Source: Pseudovirgaria hyperparasitica (lineage: Eukaryota). From it: a stretch of DNA of 64,000 nucleotides. Shown one piece after another: positions 37,632 through 51,600 of the stretch; position 1 is the first letter of the stretch; every line of letters begins with the position of its first letter. Below the pieces are notes generated by a model, which was given only the letters and a program-made list of their open reading frames with translations, was not told the origin of the DNA and did no database searches. The translations under genes and the position numbers were made by a program. The stretch lies in NCBI GenBank assembly GCA_010093815.1, contig ML996567.1; one strand, 5' to 3'.

Positions 37632-39020
37632 TCAAAATATCGCAAGTATATTAGGCGGACTTGCCACACCACCAGGAACCTACACATATTAGCCTAGCCT
37701 CCTCCATGGCTGCACCCCACCCCTCGTACCACTCACATTGCAAACCTCACTCGTCACAAAAGAACTCATACCTCCCAACCTTCTTCCAATGCGCCCCCAG
37801 CCTCTCCAAATCAAACAGCTCACCAATCGGGCACCCCCCCACCCACCAAGCAAGACCTCATACAGATGCCAATCCCGCTACGTCAGCCAACACTCAAAAC
37901 TCGGGCTGAATCGCCCGCAACAGCCGAGAAGTTACTCCCATATCCATATCCACTCCAGCACGGCCTCGGACTGCTCCACGCCCGCCCAGCATGGTGCGGT
38001 AGGCTTTTCGCCATCGTCGTCAGCGTCTCCCCGCGGGTGGTGCTGTTGTACGCGGCCATGTAGCCGGAGCGAATGATAATGATGAGGATGTCGCCGTGTT
38101 TGATGACGGTGCGCTGTGCTTCGGCGACGGCTTTGAGGTGCGTTAGGGGATCGTTGGCGTCGTGGAAAAGGCGTCGTGGGGGAGGGAGTTTGCGCGAGGC
38201 GCTGGGTGTGGTAGTTGAGGAGGATGGTGTGGCTGACGATGCTGGATTCGGACCATGCTGTGTGTGTGGATCAACTGGGTTCTGTATGGTACGGGGACGA
38301 GGGGGCTTTTCCGGGGACTTACCTCCGATTCCGAGATGGGAACTTCCGGGTTTGTGGATGTCCTCTAGCGTCGCGCCGTTGTAGAATCTGCGTTCTTGCT
38401 GGTAGCCGAAGTGGCGGGGTCCGTCCCCTAGTGATTGATTTGCTTGAGTGAAAGTGGTATGGGGGAAGGAGAGGCACGTGGTTTATACAGAGGACAAGGC
38501 AGGCAAGGATGGGAGGGAGTCATGTTTCATGTTCCATGTTTCATGTACATACATTGGCTGGAGGACTGGGTGTTTAGTGTCCAGACATCGTCGTTTACGC
38601 AGCGCGGAGGCTTGGAGTAGAGGTTTTGGTGGAAGGCTTGGCGGGCGAAGAAGGGGGTTTCGGCTTGGGCGTCGAGGGGCCAGTTGAGGGAGATGCTGTT
38701 TGAGAGTTTGGGGTGTGAGTGCGTGGAGATGTCGGGTTTGAATGTGGGAATGGTGTGCTTTATTCGTCGATGCTCAAGGGACTCAGGATGTGCCTACCGA
38801 ACCCCGGTCTTGATCTCTTTGGCAGCCTCAAGCACGACCTCGTCCGTCAGGCGATTGAGGGTGCCGAGCTGGTCGTCTTTGCCATATCTGGGAATGTGAG
38901 CTTGGGTGATGTGCGGGCGTTGGTTGAACGGGTGGGTGTTTACAAGCCCCATGCTGAGTGGAATGGGTCGTCTTTGTTTAGTGGTAGGTCGGAGAAGCGT
39001 GGTATTTTGGTTGGGGCCAT
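37632..39020 (-). pseudogene. Decayed putative-cyclase (kynurenine formamidase-like) gene
   Basis: Blocks SAWGL-YGKDDQLGTLNRL, ISLNWPLD, NTQSSSQWDGPRHF, GDIL..RSGY and GGVASPPNILAIF* are recognisable, but several frameshifts and stops lie in the 37880-38190 region. Confidence 0.75.
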
Positions 39021-39717
39021 TCTGACAATTGGTCTTCAAAGTGAGTAGAGTGATGCTTGATGTAGTGGAAATGCTGTTGCTATGTATGTAGATGATTCAG
39101 TAGTTCGGTACAGGTATGGATTGATATGCGGGGTCTCGGCTCTTAAGAAGACTACTGTCAGCATTGCTGGAATCCCCTGTGCAGATGTCGGAACCAAGAA
39201 TTGCACACAAGCGGGATGATGTGTATGGGCACAGTTTACATGTATCCGTATCAAGACATGCCTAGCAGCGATTCAGACATCCATAGTTCAGGTCTCCAGA
39301 CCAGGCCCAGTCGAAGCTGTGACCTGGACTGACCAGCAGAAGCACCTGTAATGTTCAAAACAATCAGCCCTGATGCGACTTCAGTATGCCACATCTGTAT
39401 ATATCGAGACAAATGTACAACAGCACTGAGCACTCACTCCAAGATAACGCCCTGCACGGAGCCACCTCGGCTGAACCCCGAACCCTGCCAAGCCTCACAA
39501 CAACCTAACCTACCTATGAATGACCTCCGCAAACCTCAAAAAAGGATCCATCCATCCGTTCAATTCCATTCTTCCATCGCGCAACACCCACGCGCATCCC
39601 ATCACACCACCACACCAAAACCCCTCCCTCCACACAACCTCAACCTACATCTCCAAAGAAAGTCACACAACCCCATCAAGCTCACACGAGCTACCTACAC
39701 CCTCCATCCAAACCACA

Positions 39718-40211
39718 ATGGTACGCAACTACACCCCCAAGAACCACCGCCTCACAAACCCCCCAACTAACCACCCCTCCCCCCCTAGGCCCACCGCATA
39801 ATATTCCAAGTCCTCACCACCGGAACCCGCATCTTCGGCCGCGCAGTAACAGAAGCATGGACCCAAGCCTCCGCCTCGCAAAAATACGCCGCCCAAGCCG
39901 CAAAGACCGGCCAGCCCAACTCCTTCGCCACATCCTCCTCCGGCCTCACCCTCGACGAAGCATGCAAGATCCTGAATGTCGCGCCGCCGAAAGCAGGTGC
40001 GGAAGCTGCTACTGCAAACCTGGAGGCAGTCGGGGAGCGGTTCAAGAAGCTGTTTGATCTGAATGATCCGAAGAAGGGCGGGAGCTTCTATTTGCAGAGT
40101 AAGATTTTGAGGGCGAGGGAGAGGATTGAGGCGGAGGTTGGGAATGCGAGGGGTGTGGCGGAGAGGGAGGCGGAGGTTAAGGGGGGTTGGAGGCCGAGGG
40201 TTTATAAGTGA
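39718..40211 (+). CDS. PAM16: Mitochondrial import motor subunit Pam16/Tim16 (exon 1 is ATG only, 39718-39720; exon 2 39789-40211)
   Basis: M|AHRIIFQVLTTGTRIFGRAVTEAW..GLTLDEACKILNV..RFKKLFDLNDPKKGGSFYLQSKILRARERI; not in the ORF track. Confidence 0.93.
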
Positions 40212-40306
40212 GGGGGTGTTTTTGGGGGGGTTTTGGGGGATGGGGGATGGGGGATGTGTGACAAAAGCGGGTATGGAGGGACGGGATGTAGGAATAAAGC
40301 AATGAC

Positions 40307-40342
40307 GGAGGAGGAGGAGGAGGAGGAGGAGGAGGAGGAGGA
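40307..40342. repeat. (GAG)n microsatellite
   Basis: About 11 perfect GAG units. Confidence 0.95.
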
Positions 40343-40619
40343 GATGGGACAGAGTCTTGAACGTAGTCAAGGGGGGCATCATCCAGCACGGCGTTTCTTT
40401 CTTTCTTTCTGGGGGCATGCATGCATGAATGGCGAATCCATTTTCTGCGTTCAACCGGGGCGATGATGTAGAAGTCGAGATACACGCACACAGCAGTATC
40501 AAGATATCATCTCGATCCCCTGGGCAGGGGGAGCGCGGGCTTTTCGCTCTCAGGTCCGATATCCGGGCTGGAGGGGACTCTTGCTCTCCACTCCTTTGAT
40601 ATGTACATATTATATACAA

Positions 40620-40772
40620 ATACATACACACGCATACACGCATACACACATACACACACGCGTACACGCGTACACGCATACACGCATACACGCATACACG
40701 CATACACACATACACACACGCATACACACATACACACGCGTACACACGCATACACACACAGACACACATACA
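40620..40772. repeat. Compound (CA)n / (CATACACG)n alternating purine-pyrimidine microsatellite
   Basis: Direct reading of the sequence. Confidence 0.95.
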
Positions 40773-40797
40773 ATTGGATTTGAACCATGACTTTGTT

Positions 40798-40919
<122 letters not shown>

Positions 40920-41161
40920 TTACCAGAGCGCTGTTGCCCCTTTTAGTTATGAGGGGAGCGGCGAAAGAAATGAAGTTATATCAATACACAGCGACGCTGA
41001 AGCACTATTGGCCAGGTCTATATGCAAAACGAACTGAGTTGGGTAGTACTGATAGTATGCTATATCGAGTTTCGAGCTCATGTCATGCCCATGCCCTCCC
41101 CTCCTCTCTCCTATATCAACGCACACCCTCCCACCCCCTACCCCCTACCCTACCCCCTACC

Positions 41162-43372
41162 CTACCCCTCAGGAACAGCCGGCAGCGGCTTCTCCAAATC
41201 ACATGCCCGCACCCTCATACTCGTCCTGACACTGCCCCTCAGCCCCCGACTCTCCCTTAGTCCCCGATTCTCCCTCAGCCCCCGACTCACCCGCCGCCCA
41301 TCACCGGTCAATCTAGCAGAATGACGAGCACCCGCACGGATATCCCCCTTCCTAGAAACCTCGGCCCTGCACACCCCGCCATCCCGCACGGGCGCGCAGG
41401 GCATGGGTATAGCGATGCCGGAGGTGAGTTTGTGCGGGTGTAGGGGGGAGCCTATCTTTGGTTTTGGGGGTGGGGTTGGTTTTGGGGTTTGGGGTGGGTT
41501 TGAGGTGTAGTTGGGTGAGGACATAGGGATAGGAGTGAAAAGGGATGGGGTTTTGGCAAAGGGAATTAAAGGGGTGGAAGTGCTGGAAACGGGGAATCTG
41601 ATGGCGAAAAACCGGACCCACGCGGCGAGCATTTTGGCGCGGAAGACGAGGGCGAAGACTTGGATGCCGCAGATCTGCGCGTTGATAGTCAGTCAATCAG
41701 CCAGCCAGCTAACAATACACAGTTCGCAACAAACGACGTGTAAAAAAAGCAAGGGCACGCAACAAAACCCACCGAAGCCAAAATGAACGCGCCCAGGATG
41801 ACCCCACGCGGGACGGTAAGATGCGCCGCATCCGCCAGACACCTCTCCCTGCTACCTACGTTCTCGACCAGACACTTGCTCCAGCGCGCCGTGGCCTGGC
41901 GTTCGGCGCTGTCATCGCCGAGAGAGACGCTTTTGCCGAGTTTGCGGTCCTGCGACCAGAAGACGACGGTGAAGAAGATGGCTTGGGTGACGACGGCGAT
42001 GCTGGTGAGCATGTTGCGCCATTGCATGGTGAGGTAGTGCTTGAGGAGCATGGGGGAGATGTGTTTGGTTGGGGAGGTGCCGTCGCCGCCGCCGTAGGCG
42101 GGGAGGGCATGTAGTTGTTGGTGTTGCGGGGAGGTGAGAGGGGTGTGCGTGCTGGTGTCTTCGATGAAGGATTTGGTGTCGTGATGTCGTGACGGCGGCG
42201 GAAGAGGATGTGGATGCGGATGCGGAAACCTCCCCGCGGAAGTATCCCCACGATTCCATCCCGACAACGCACACAACCGCGTCCAAAACGCAGCGAGCAC
42301 GACCAACACCGGTCTCCGCTCACGCATATGCCGCCGATTCATGTTCTTGAACTTGCGCAGTCTGCGCACAATGACCACCGTCGTGGCGCAGAAACACGCC
42401 AGCGAGCCGCCCGAGAACGCGAGAAGCCAGGACCACAGCGTGGCAATGCTGTGTTCGTGGTTGGGTAGACAGGTCTGGCCGATGCGGTAGCTGGCGCCTG
42501 TCACGGTTAGGGTGACGGTCAGGAGCGTGCCGGGCACGAGGATGCCGAGGAGGATGCCGGTGACGCGTAGAATGGGGCTGTCGTCGACGGATTTGCTCTG
42601 TTTCGTGAAGAGGATGAGCAGGTTGAGCATTTTGAGGAAGACTGCATGCAGTACGGTCTTAGATTTGTGTCGATGGACTTGGTTGGGGGCAGTACTCACC
42701 CCAGAATGTCGCTCCGAGAGCGCCGGCGCCTAGGAGGCTGGCGGTCCAGGCACAGGACATGTCGTCCTGGAGGCGATTCGGAGTTATGCTATCATAGCAC
42801 AAATCCGGGTCTGATCCCAGCGGTATCAAGAATGCTAGCTGCAACCTCGTCAGCGTAAAGACCATCGAACTAGGACTCATGGTATGCACAGAGATCAGAA
42901 GTATGGGGACCAACAACCCAATGTGCGTGTATCGCTTGTGCTTGACAGCGGCGCCTCTCATGCTCGCGGGCGAGATCGCATAACTGGACGGCGGCAAGAC
43001 AAGTATCGTGGTGATCAGAAACACACACAGCACCGTCGAGATGACGGCGAGGTAATTGCCAATCTTCAGGTCCTCGATCCAATCTGTGCGTGTTCAGCTA
43101 GGCCTGGCTTTCTGCAGTAGGAAAAAACATGGAAAACGCACCAGTCGGATAGATCCACTGCTGTATCGGGCATGGCAAACAGCACTGTATGCTTGAGTCT
43201 TGTGGTGACGCGCCGCAGTATCGACCCTCGATGTCTATCCACGGTCAGTATACCATTACTAGTAGAGTAGGCAAGGCGACAAGATACATCCACCAGTGCC
43301 GTCCACGCTGTCACTGCGAAGAAACGGCTGTGGACAAGCATTCGAAGAGTTTGTGAGAGACCTAAGATCCAT
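41162..43372 (-). CDS. 7-TM receptor, GprM-like fungal GPCR; about 6 exons
   Basis: Spliced N-terminus CPQPFL..GRYC..CCLPCPIQQWIY; CYDSITPN..SCAWT; YRIGQTCLPNHE; QWR motif; several hydrophobic helices. Confidence 0.7.
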
Positions 43373-44014
43373 GTCACGCAGACACTCAAGGCCGGAGAAG
43401 TGCTACAACAGACAAACTAGACCGTGCTGCCGCTCTCGCACCTTGAAAGCAGAGTCGAGATGGATGATGGAAAGGAGAACCGAGTGAAGCAATAGAGGAC
43501 GTAGGACGAGCTAGGGTCAAATCGACCACCGACATCACTATACTCGAGCACACTAGAACAGTCTTATCAGCGTAGAGAACGTGCGCAATGTACAAGGGTC
43601 CGGATATGATTTGACGTCAAGCTGTTTGCAGTAGTTATGATGTCTGGCATATGGAATGTGCCAAGAGTCCCTTGTTTGGAAACGTAGAACGCTCAAGGAT
43701 AGAAAAGAATGTGAAGGAGTAAGTAGCACGACCATGCAGTGATGGCCAAGTCGGCACTGAAACATGAAGAGAAGATCTTTGGTTCGCCTGAGACTTGGGT
43801 ATTATGCATCGATCTGCGATGATGTCATGAGATAATGTTGGATTGAATCAAATTGGAAGCTACTGCCCCATGGCCAGGCCAGACCGCACAACGCCGTAAA
43901 CGATTTGCTCCCGCAAGCAGTGGAACGCACACACCCGAATCCGTCGCATACATATACTCCTAGCCTGGAAATAGAACCACAAGATGGAAAGAGAAAGTCC
44001 GGATCAGATAGTCA

Positions 44015-45676
44015 TCAGACCGGCACACCGGAGAATCCAATCCGTAGTGTGGCTCGAGCTCCGTGTTGTGATTCTGTGCCCCAGCCTTGCTTCCATTCGA
44101 GCTCCACTCGTTTCGTGTCTTCGAACGCCTCTCGACATTCTGCGGGCAGATCCTCGAGTATGCTGTCTGGAATGCTGGCAAGGCCATTCGTGCCAACGTC
44201 GTAAAAGTCGCCCTCTGGTCCTGGTATGCCAAGATTGGAGATAGCTGGTGATTGCGAGTAGGCATCTGTGACGAGAAAGTTGCGTGAAACAACAGGTGGC
44301 ACGGACGAGAACATACTACTCGCATTCGTGGTCACGGGATCGGTCGAGTCTACTAAGTGTGTCGTTTCGGTTGCACCATTAGCCAAGAGAAGTCCCTCTC
44401 GTACAGCCGGACGTTCAGTGTCCTCTGCTGAAATCTCTTCCCACTTTGCATGTGTTGGCTGTGTTGCTCTGGGGAAGTGCATCATGTTTGTATGTGGATC
44501 GTAGATTCCGCTCATATTTGCGTGGCGATCGGCCACAAGCTTCGAGTTAAATCGACTGCGAGTGGTAAGTTACACGTAGAAGAAGATGCTGAATTGTATG
44601 ACTTCACCTTGATGATCTTGCGTGCTCAAACATCCAGTTCGCAGATGTGATGTTAACTTTACGTTTGCCGACCACGGGTTTGCCATTCTGAAGCGGAACA
44701 CTGGGTGCGCCGGTATGGTAGACCGCACTGGCACCATGCCAGGCCACGTACTGGTTTTTGTTGTATGGCTCACCCGGTGCTGGAAGTCGGTCATTCGGCT
44801 CCGCGATCTCCCCCTCTACATCTCCCCGCTCTCTCGCGGCCGACGCATAGTAGTCATCGATAACCTTCTTGCCGCCAATGACGATCTTGGCACCGAATTC
44901 TCGAAAGACGGAACGAGCAGTCACCACACCAATGGAACGGCCCTTGTATGAATGTGGAATGAGATCTCTTGCGATCAGATCCATTTTCTCGTGGTCGTCG
45001 ATTATGATCTTGTACAGCTGCATGTGCTTGGTGAAGAAGAGATAGCTGTCTCGAAAGCCAATGCATCGTGCCGGCTCTGTCGACAACATGTAAAGACGGT
45101 CACCTCTTCCAGTAATTGTAAAGACTCGCACGCGATAATCTCTTCCACCTTGCAAGTTGCCCATCTTGTCAACCTTCTCTTCACCCTCCGGATCCTCAGG
45201 CAGCGCAACTTCATCGCCCACCACGTCCATCATGTTGCCTTCTTTGTCGATGGCTACCCGTGTGCTCTGCGAAGCTCCACCCCGAGAACCCCGTCCGCGT
45301 GGACCCATGGACGGACGTCCTCGACGACGTTTTTGCGGCGTACCGCCTTCCGAGTTCGCATCAACCTCCGAGGTATTCCAGTCTGGAGGGCGATTCTTAG
45401 GCGGCCTACCAAGGCGCTTCTTCCGTGGAAATTGCTGAATGACTGGCGGCGAGGCAGCATCTGAAGCAGCGGGTTGGGCATCGGAATCTTGCGCGTCGCC
45501 CTCGTCTTCTAAGGGTGTCTGCACACGCGACTCATCTACATCAACCATCTCTTGATCCGACTCCTGTTCAACTGGAGTAGGAGTTCCTTGAGTAATAATC
45601 AGCGACACAGGGTCTAGAAGCTACGACCTGACTTACGAGCTGCGGCGCGCCTGGACCCACGTCCGCGACGTGCCAT
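44015..45676 (-). CDS. NPL6: RSC / SWI-SNF subunit Npl6/Rsc7 (CRC domain); 3 exons
   Basis: AT-hook-like RLGRPP and RRGRP; GEEKVD..GGRDYR..LYMLSTEPARCIGFRDSYLFF; VVTARSVFREFGA; NWMFEHA. Confidence 0.88.
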
Positions 45677-47117
45677 TGTGAAGTTACGCAAAGATGGGTG
45701 CGGAGGAAGCAGAGATCAGGACGGACGCTAGTGTTGAGCGGGGTATTTGGTGAGGATGCGGTGATCGCAGTGAGCTCGAGATGAAGCGAGTCTGCCAGCT
45801 CGTAGTTCTTTCAGTCGGCAAGACGCGCAGGAGAGAGATGTGGCGTCCAGGCGTCGTAGGGCTGAAGCAAGCTAGACTGTTATGAGCTAGCGTGGACCTG
45901 TAACTATCAGGCACCTAGGCATGAACTTCACGCGTGTGCACACCACGCCGTGTTCTACATCACTCACTCCTCAGGTGAAGCACTAATTACGCCATACTAT
46001 GTTTGTATTCCCGGTCACTCGAGTAGGTTCAATATAAACTTTGTGGATTTTGTATGTCGTCATTTCACATCTCATCCGATGGTGGAGTCAACTCCGAGCG
46101 GAGCAGCGATCTGAGCTGACCCTCGTGGTGACGTATGCTTGCACATGTCTACTCGCAGGCACAGCTACATCTTGTCTAATTGACAAGGAGTAATGATACT
46201 TTATTTTCATATCACACGTTACTGGGTCGTGGGTGGGATAGACGAGTAAAGTCGACAGCTTTGCCGGGCTGAAACGTCAATGTTGTAATAGTTGCCCACA
46301 TATCCTTTGATTGGATGACTTGGTCCCAAGAGAGAAAGTGAAGGGGTGGCGTGGAGTAGACGGGGAGTAGACGGGAGTGACAAAGGCAGGCAACACGCGA
46401 GGCCAAGCCGTAGCTTTGCATGCATATCGGATACGGCATGGCTGGCAAGGAGGTGGTACCTAATAAAGGTAGTTTGTGACACGTCCGGGGGCAAATGAGG
46501 GCGAAGGTCCTTGATCATGGAATGGTGGACCAGTAAAGGGATTGCCGATATGCTTGAAAGACTGAAACAAATCGGCAGTGCAGCAGTAGTGCCACTTTCA
46601 CCTTCTCTTCTCTCTGTAGTGTGTGCAAGATTAGTCGGCCAGGAGCAGATTGAAGTTTGGGTGATAAGCATGGATGTGTGATGGGAGGAGGTACAAGAGC
46701 TACCGGGACAGATGCACAGACGGGGCTGCCGAAAGAACAAGCTTGGAACCATGGAACGCTGGAAAGGAGAGTTTAGGGAGGAAGAATGGAAGAATGGATG
46801 GGTGGATGAAGCAACAAGCAAGTAGGGTGGTGAGTGAATATGGTGACTGGCGAATCAAGGACGGAGGGACAAAGGAAGTAGCAGGAGCTGATGGAAGTCA
46901 AAAAGGGAACAAAGGACAGGAGGAGCACAAGGCAAGGTTAGCTACTGCTAGGTGAACATTATTCAGCTCATCTCACATTTCACTCTTCACTTGCACATTC
47001 GCTTTCACGTTCACTTGCATCTCACGTCGGACACATCTCAATGAACAATCGGACAGGGTGAAGGAAAGCGTGGCAGATTCAGCCCTGCAAGCAAGCGGTC
47101 ACGACGACATAGTACTA

Positions 47118-47960
47118 GATACAGTACAATACAGTACAGTACAGTACAGTACCATCATAGTGGCACTGACATCTGCATGCCCCCCTCAGCTACAGTAGAC
47201 TGCATCTGATATCAGCAGCAGCGGCGGCGATTGGAGAGCGACAGGAGCAGTTGTGACCGCCAGAAACGAATGGGCTTGTCCGGAAGGCTAGAAGTGGCCA
47301 GCTGCATTGCATCCTCTCACACAGGAGAGCGTTGCGGTAGGTAGGGCAGGACAGGGAGTGTGGAGTGGAAATCGTCGGCTCGTGAAGGGGGTGAAGATTT
47401 GACTGGGGCTGCATGTGGCTGGCTTGGGTTGGGATGCATCAGATGCTCGAGCCTGCTTACGCCATTACGCTTCACAACACAACACAGACCGGCAGTGAGG
47501 AGTGAGCAGTGGAAAGGAGAGAGAGAGAGAAGAGACGGGCAGTCAGTCAGTCAGTCAGCCAGTCGTCAAACAGTCAAACAAGACCAGTCAGTCAGTCAGT
47601 CAGTCAGCCAGCCAGCCAGCCAACCAGCCAGCCGAGGAGGGTCTACACTGTCACGTTCCACCGGTCGGTCTATGGGAGAGAAAAAAAAGAGGAGAGTGAG
47701 ATTTAAGATTGAGCAGTGGAGTGGAGTGTGGACTGTGCATGAGAAAAGCGAGGAGCTTTGACAGAGAGAGGAGAGAGGCAGAGGCAAAGAAAGGCAGAAG
47801 AGGCAGAGAGGCAGAGAGAGAAGAGAGGCTGGGGAGGGACCAACCGTTGCAGCCAGCAGCACCAGCACCAGCCAGCAGCACCAAGCACCCAAGTACCCAA
47901 GCACCCAAGCAACAAAGCACACCAACCAACCAATCAACCAACCAGTAAAGTAAAGGGCAA
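47118..47960. repeat. Cluster of short simple repeats (CAGTA, CAGT, CAGC, GA-rich, CCAA) upstream of SCH9
   Basis: Direct reading of the sequence. Confidence 0.8.
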
Positions 47961-48060
47961 AGAATAATTAGAACGACGAGAAAGAAAAAAAAAGGATGAC
48001 GGCACCAAGACGAGACGAGGACGAGGACAAGGACGGCCAACCCTCAGGCCCACATCCAGC

Positions 48061-48091
<31 letters not shown>

Positions 48092-48664
48092 TTACCAGCA
48101 CAAGAAGCACCAGCAGCTCCAGCTCCAGCTCCAGCGCGTGAAGGCAGCATTAATCCTGCCCGCACTAATCCTCCTGCCCGCACTGTCGGCTCCTCTTCGT
48201 CGTTCTCGTCGTCTGCCATCATCAATTCATGCACCAGCAGCACTACTACCACTACTACTACCACCACCACTTTTCCATCTACTATCCCTTCTCCACCTCT
48301 TCCTCCTCTCACTTCCACCTCCAACCTCCTCCTCCTCCATGACCGCTCTTCCACCGCTGCTGCTGCAGACGACACTTCGAGTTCGCTGAAGTTGCTTCGT
48401 CCAGGCCTTGTCAGCACTCTTCAACGTCGTCTGACAAGCTATCTACCTGCCACTTCCTCGGCTCTTCATCTTCAATCTGCATCTGCATCTGCATCTGCAT
48501 CATCATCATCATCTTCTGCTTCACAATCCACCTGCACGCAGCGTCCGGCAGCTCGCTCGTACTGTAAGAGCTCCAGTGCGGTGCCCACCTTGAACACCAT
48601 AGTCGCTACATCCGGCCCTGCTGCAGCCAACACCACCACCACCAGAAATACCCCACCACGCAGA

Positions 48665-51600
48665 ATGACTTCCCACGACGGCCTCAATCCGCATACTGCT
48701 TCGGATTTGCTCAGGCAGGCAATGATGCAAAGGTATGTTCACTTGTTTTCTCCTTCTGTCCCTTTTAACCATCCTCCCTCTTTTTTCAACATCTGCCTTG
48801 TATTCGCAATTGGATGTCCCTGCCCCCCCCCCTAGCCAGCCACGAGCGTCGTGGTACCTCAACCCACCCCAGCATGTGCTACAAAACCACAACCACAACC
48901 ACAAAAAACCTTCTCGAACGGCAAATGGAGGCGTCAAGGCCCTGCTTGGCTTCTGTGCTTCTTGGCTACATTGCCACCTCAAACCGCATCACTGCAATTA
49001 CCATGGCGGCACCTGCTTGCCGCGCGACACACAGACACACACATACATACATACCCCCATGCAGAGCTCCGCCACATTCTCGACTGGACGCCTGCATACT
49101 GCACCATTCTACTCTCCATGGAGCCTATAGCAGTTACATGTCTAGGACAACAAGACAACTGACCTGCGGACTTTGTTCCAACGTTGCGTCCAAGTACCCA
49201 TCTAGCACTCTCTACTATCACTCAGCCTGCCCGTCACCGCCTCGCCCCCCCTCCCTCCCCCGGTGCTGCTGTCCACTTTGCATTTGCTACCGCCACTCAC
49301 TAGCATCTATCCCATCCTGAAATAGAATCGTCAGCTTTGGCTCAGCTGCCCTGCCCTGTCTCTCTTTCTCTCTCTTCCCTTTATCCATCAAACTTCTGTT
49401 TCTTCTTTGTTGTTGGCAAACCACTCTCCTTCACAATGCTCTCTGCTAACCCTCGCTGTCCACTTAGCCGGCCAGCTGCCGACGACGACCACGACCACAT
49501 CGGTTCGAATAGCTCCACGCCTCCAGGTGCTGCGACACCGCGACCAGACCCTACGGATAAGCGACTGCCAGGCATACTTCACAGTTACTTTGGCCAGGTT
49601 CGTGATTCCTTCCGTAATCACCCAAAGTCTGAGGATCTTCATAATATCATCAATACCCCGCCCCCCGCACCTCTTCCAACCACCACCACCACCACCACCA
49701 CCACAAAACATGCCCTTTCTGCGAACAATGATGTTGTTGCCCTCCACAATGCGCACAATCTCGGCCGCAACACACTACCCACCGCCCCGTGTTCCCCTTC
49801 AGAAACACAAGACCCAAAAGATTCCTCCTCTTCCCCATCACTGCCTCTTTCTCCTCAACCAGACCTTTCACCACCACCACCACCACCACCACCCCCGACA
49901 ACCTTTATGAATCCTCTCTCTTTCTTCTACCCCACCCCTCCAGCCTCTTCGTCCTCTTCAATGCATCAGGTCAGCAAGGAAGAGCTGGATCACATTGGGT
50001 CTGGTCGTACTTCTGGTCGTACCTTGTCCACGCGCGATCAGAAAGATGCCGACTCTCACTCTGCCCCCACCAAGTCGCGCAGGCACACTCTTGTAACATC
50101 AAGTCCACTTTGCGGTGTCGTCACCACCTCTACCGTTCCTGCCGTTCATATTTCAAATCCTGCTACCCGTCGCCCGTCAGAAGCTCTACCGCCTGATTCC
50201 GCTGATTCCTCTCATTCTTCTTCTACCACTCAAGAATGTGTAGAGAAGCTAACTGAAGGCGGTGTCACGCCGCCACTTTCACAGAATACCCCGCCTCAAA
50301 CCCCGCGATCGCAATCCCACGAGAGCAGATCTGCTCAAACACCCTCAAAACTCGGAAGGAACGCCTCGACCCAAAGTACCGGTCTCAAGCCACCAAAAGG
50401 AAAACTGAGTGTCTCCATCACCGAAGGTCGTGGACTGCGTCCCAGCATCGACCCATATGTCGTGTGTCAGTTTCAATGGGCAGAATACATATCAGACGGT
50501 CCGCGAGGGGACGCGTCGGCTAAGCGGGATGGCCACGGCCCTGGTGGCATCACAATGAAGCGTACCGAGAGCGACATGGGACGTCCAATGGCGATTCCAA
50601 TGCGCAGTCGACAGAGCAGCAACACGGGTATGAGCTCGGATCCTAAAGAAAATGAAAAATACATCACGCAGCCCCACTGGGATCATGAAGCCATATTGTA
50701 AGCAATGGGGATTTACCGCGTGCTGCTTGCACATGACGCACATGCTAACTTCCTAGCAGTGACGTCGTAGGGGACCTGTCGGAAATTGACGTCTCCGTCT
50801 TTGACAAGTCAAACGGCGAAGCATTCCTGGGCCATGTACGATTCTGTCCGAATCTCGTCGAGTACGAACGACCAATCGACAGCTGGTTTCCCTTGGTCGC
50901 CCGCGAAGGAGAGGCGGATGAGGTGAGCGGGGAGATTCATCTCCGGATCAACTTCCAAAAGGATGTTGAGAAGAGGCATATCGGCCCTGAAGATTTCTCA
51001 ATCCTCAAGTTGATCGGCAAGGGCACTTTCGGCCAAGTGTTCCAGGTGAGGAAGAAGGACACACGACGCATATACGCCATGAAGGTTTTGTCGAAAAAGG
51101 TCATTGTACAGAAGAAAGAGGTTGCTCACACGCTCGGTGAGCGCAACATCCTCGTACGCACCGCCATGTCCGATTCGCCATTCATTGTCGGTCTCAAGTT
51201 CTCGTTTCAGACCCCAGCAGACCTGTACCTAGTAACTGACTTCATGTCCGGCGGTGAACTGTTCTGGCACTTGCAAAAAGAAGGAAGATTTCTGGAGGCG
51301 CGTGCAAAGTTCTACATTGCCGAGCTCATCCTGGCCCTGCAACATCTGCACAACCACGACATTGTCTACCGAGACCTCAAACCCGAAAACATTCTTCTAG
51401 ATGCCAAAGGCCATATCGCGCTTTGCGATTTCGGTCTGTCAAAGGCCAATCTGACCGACGATGCCACTACAAACACATTTTGTGGTACCACCGAATACCT
51501 TGCCCCCGAGGTCTTGTTGGACGAGCATGGCTACACCAAGATGGTTGACTTTTGGTCGCTCGGTGTCCTCGTCTTTGAGATGTGCTGTGGCTGGAGTCCC

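Noticed and set aside
41131..41170. (CCCCTA/CCCTA)n resembling telomeric repeats
   Set aside because: Not CCCTAA, short and interstitial
49598..50250. Possible alternative intron inside SCH9 exon 2 (CAG|GTTCGT)
   Set aside because: The frame is open throughout and no convincing in-phase YAG acceptor was found
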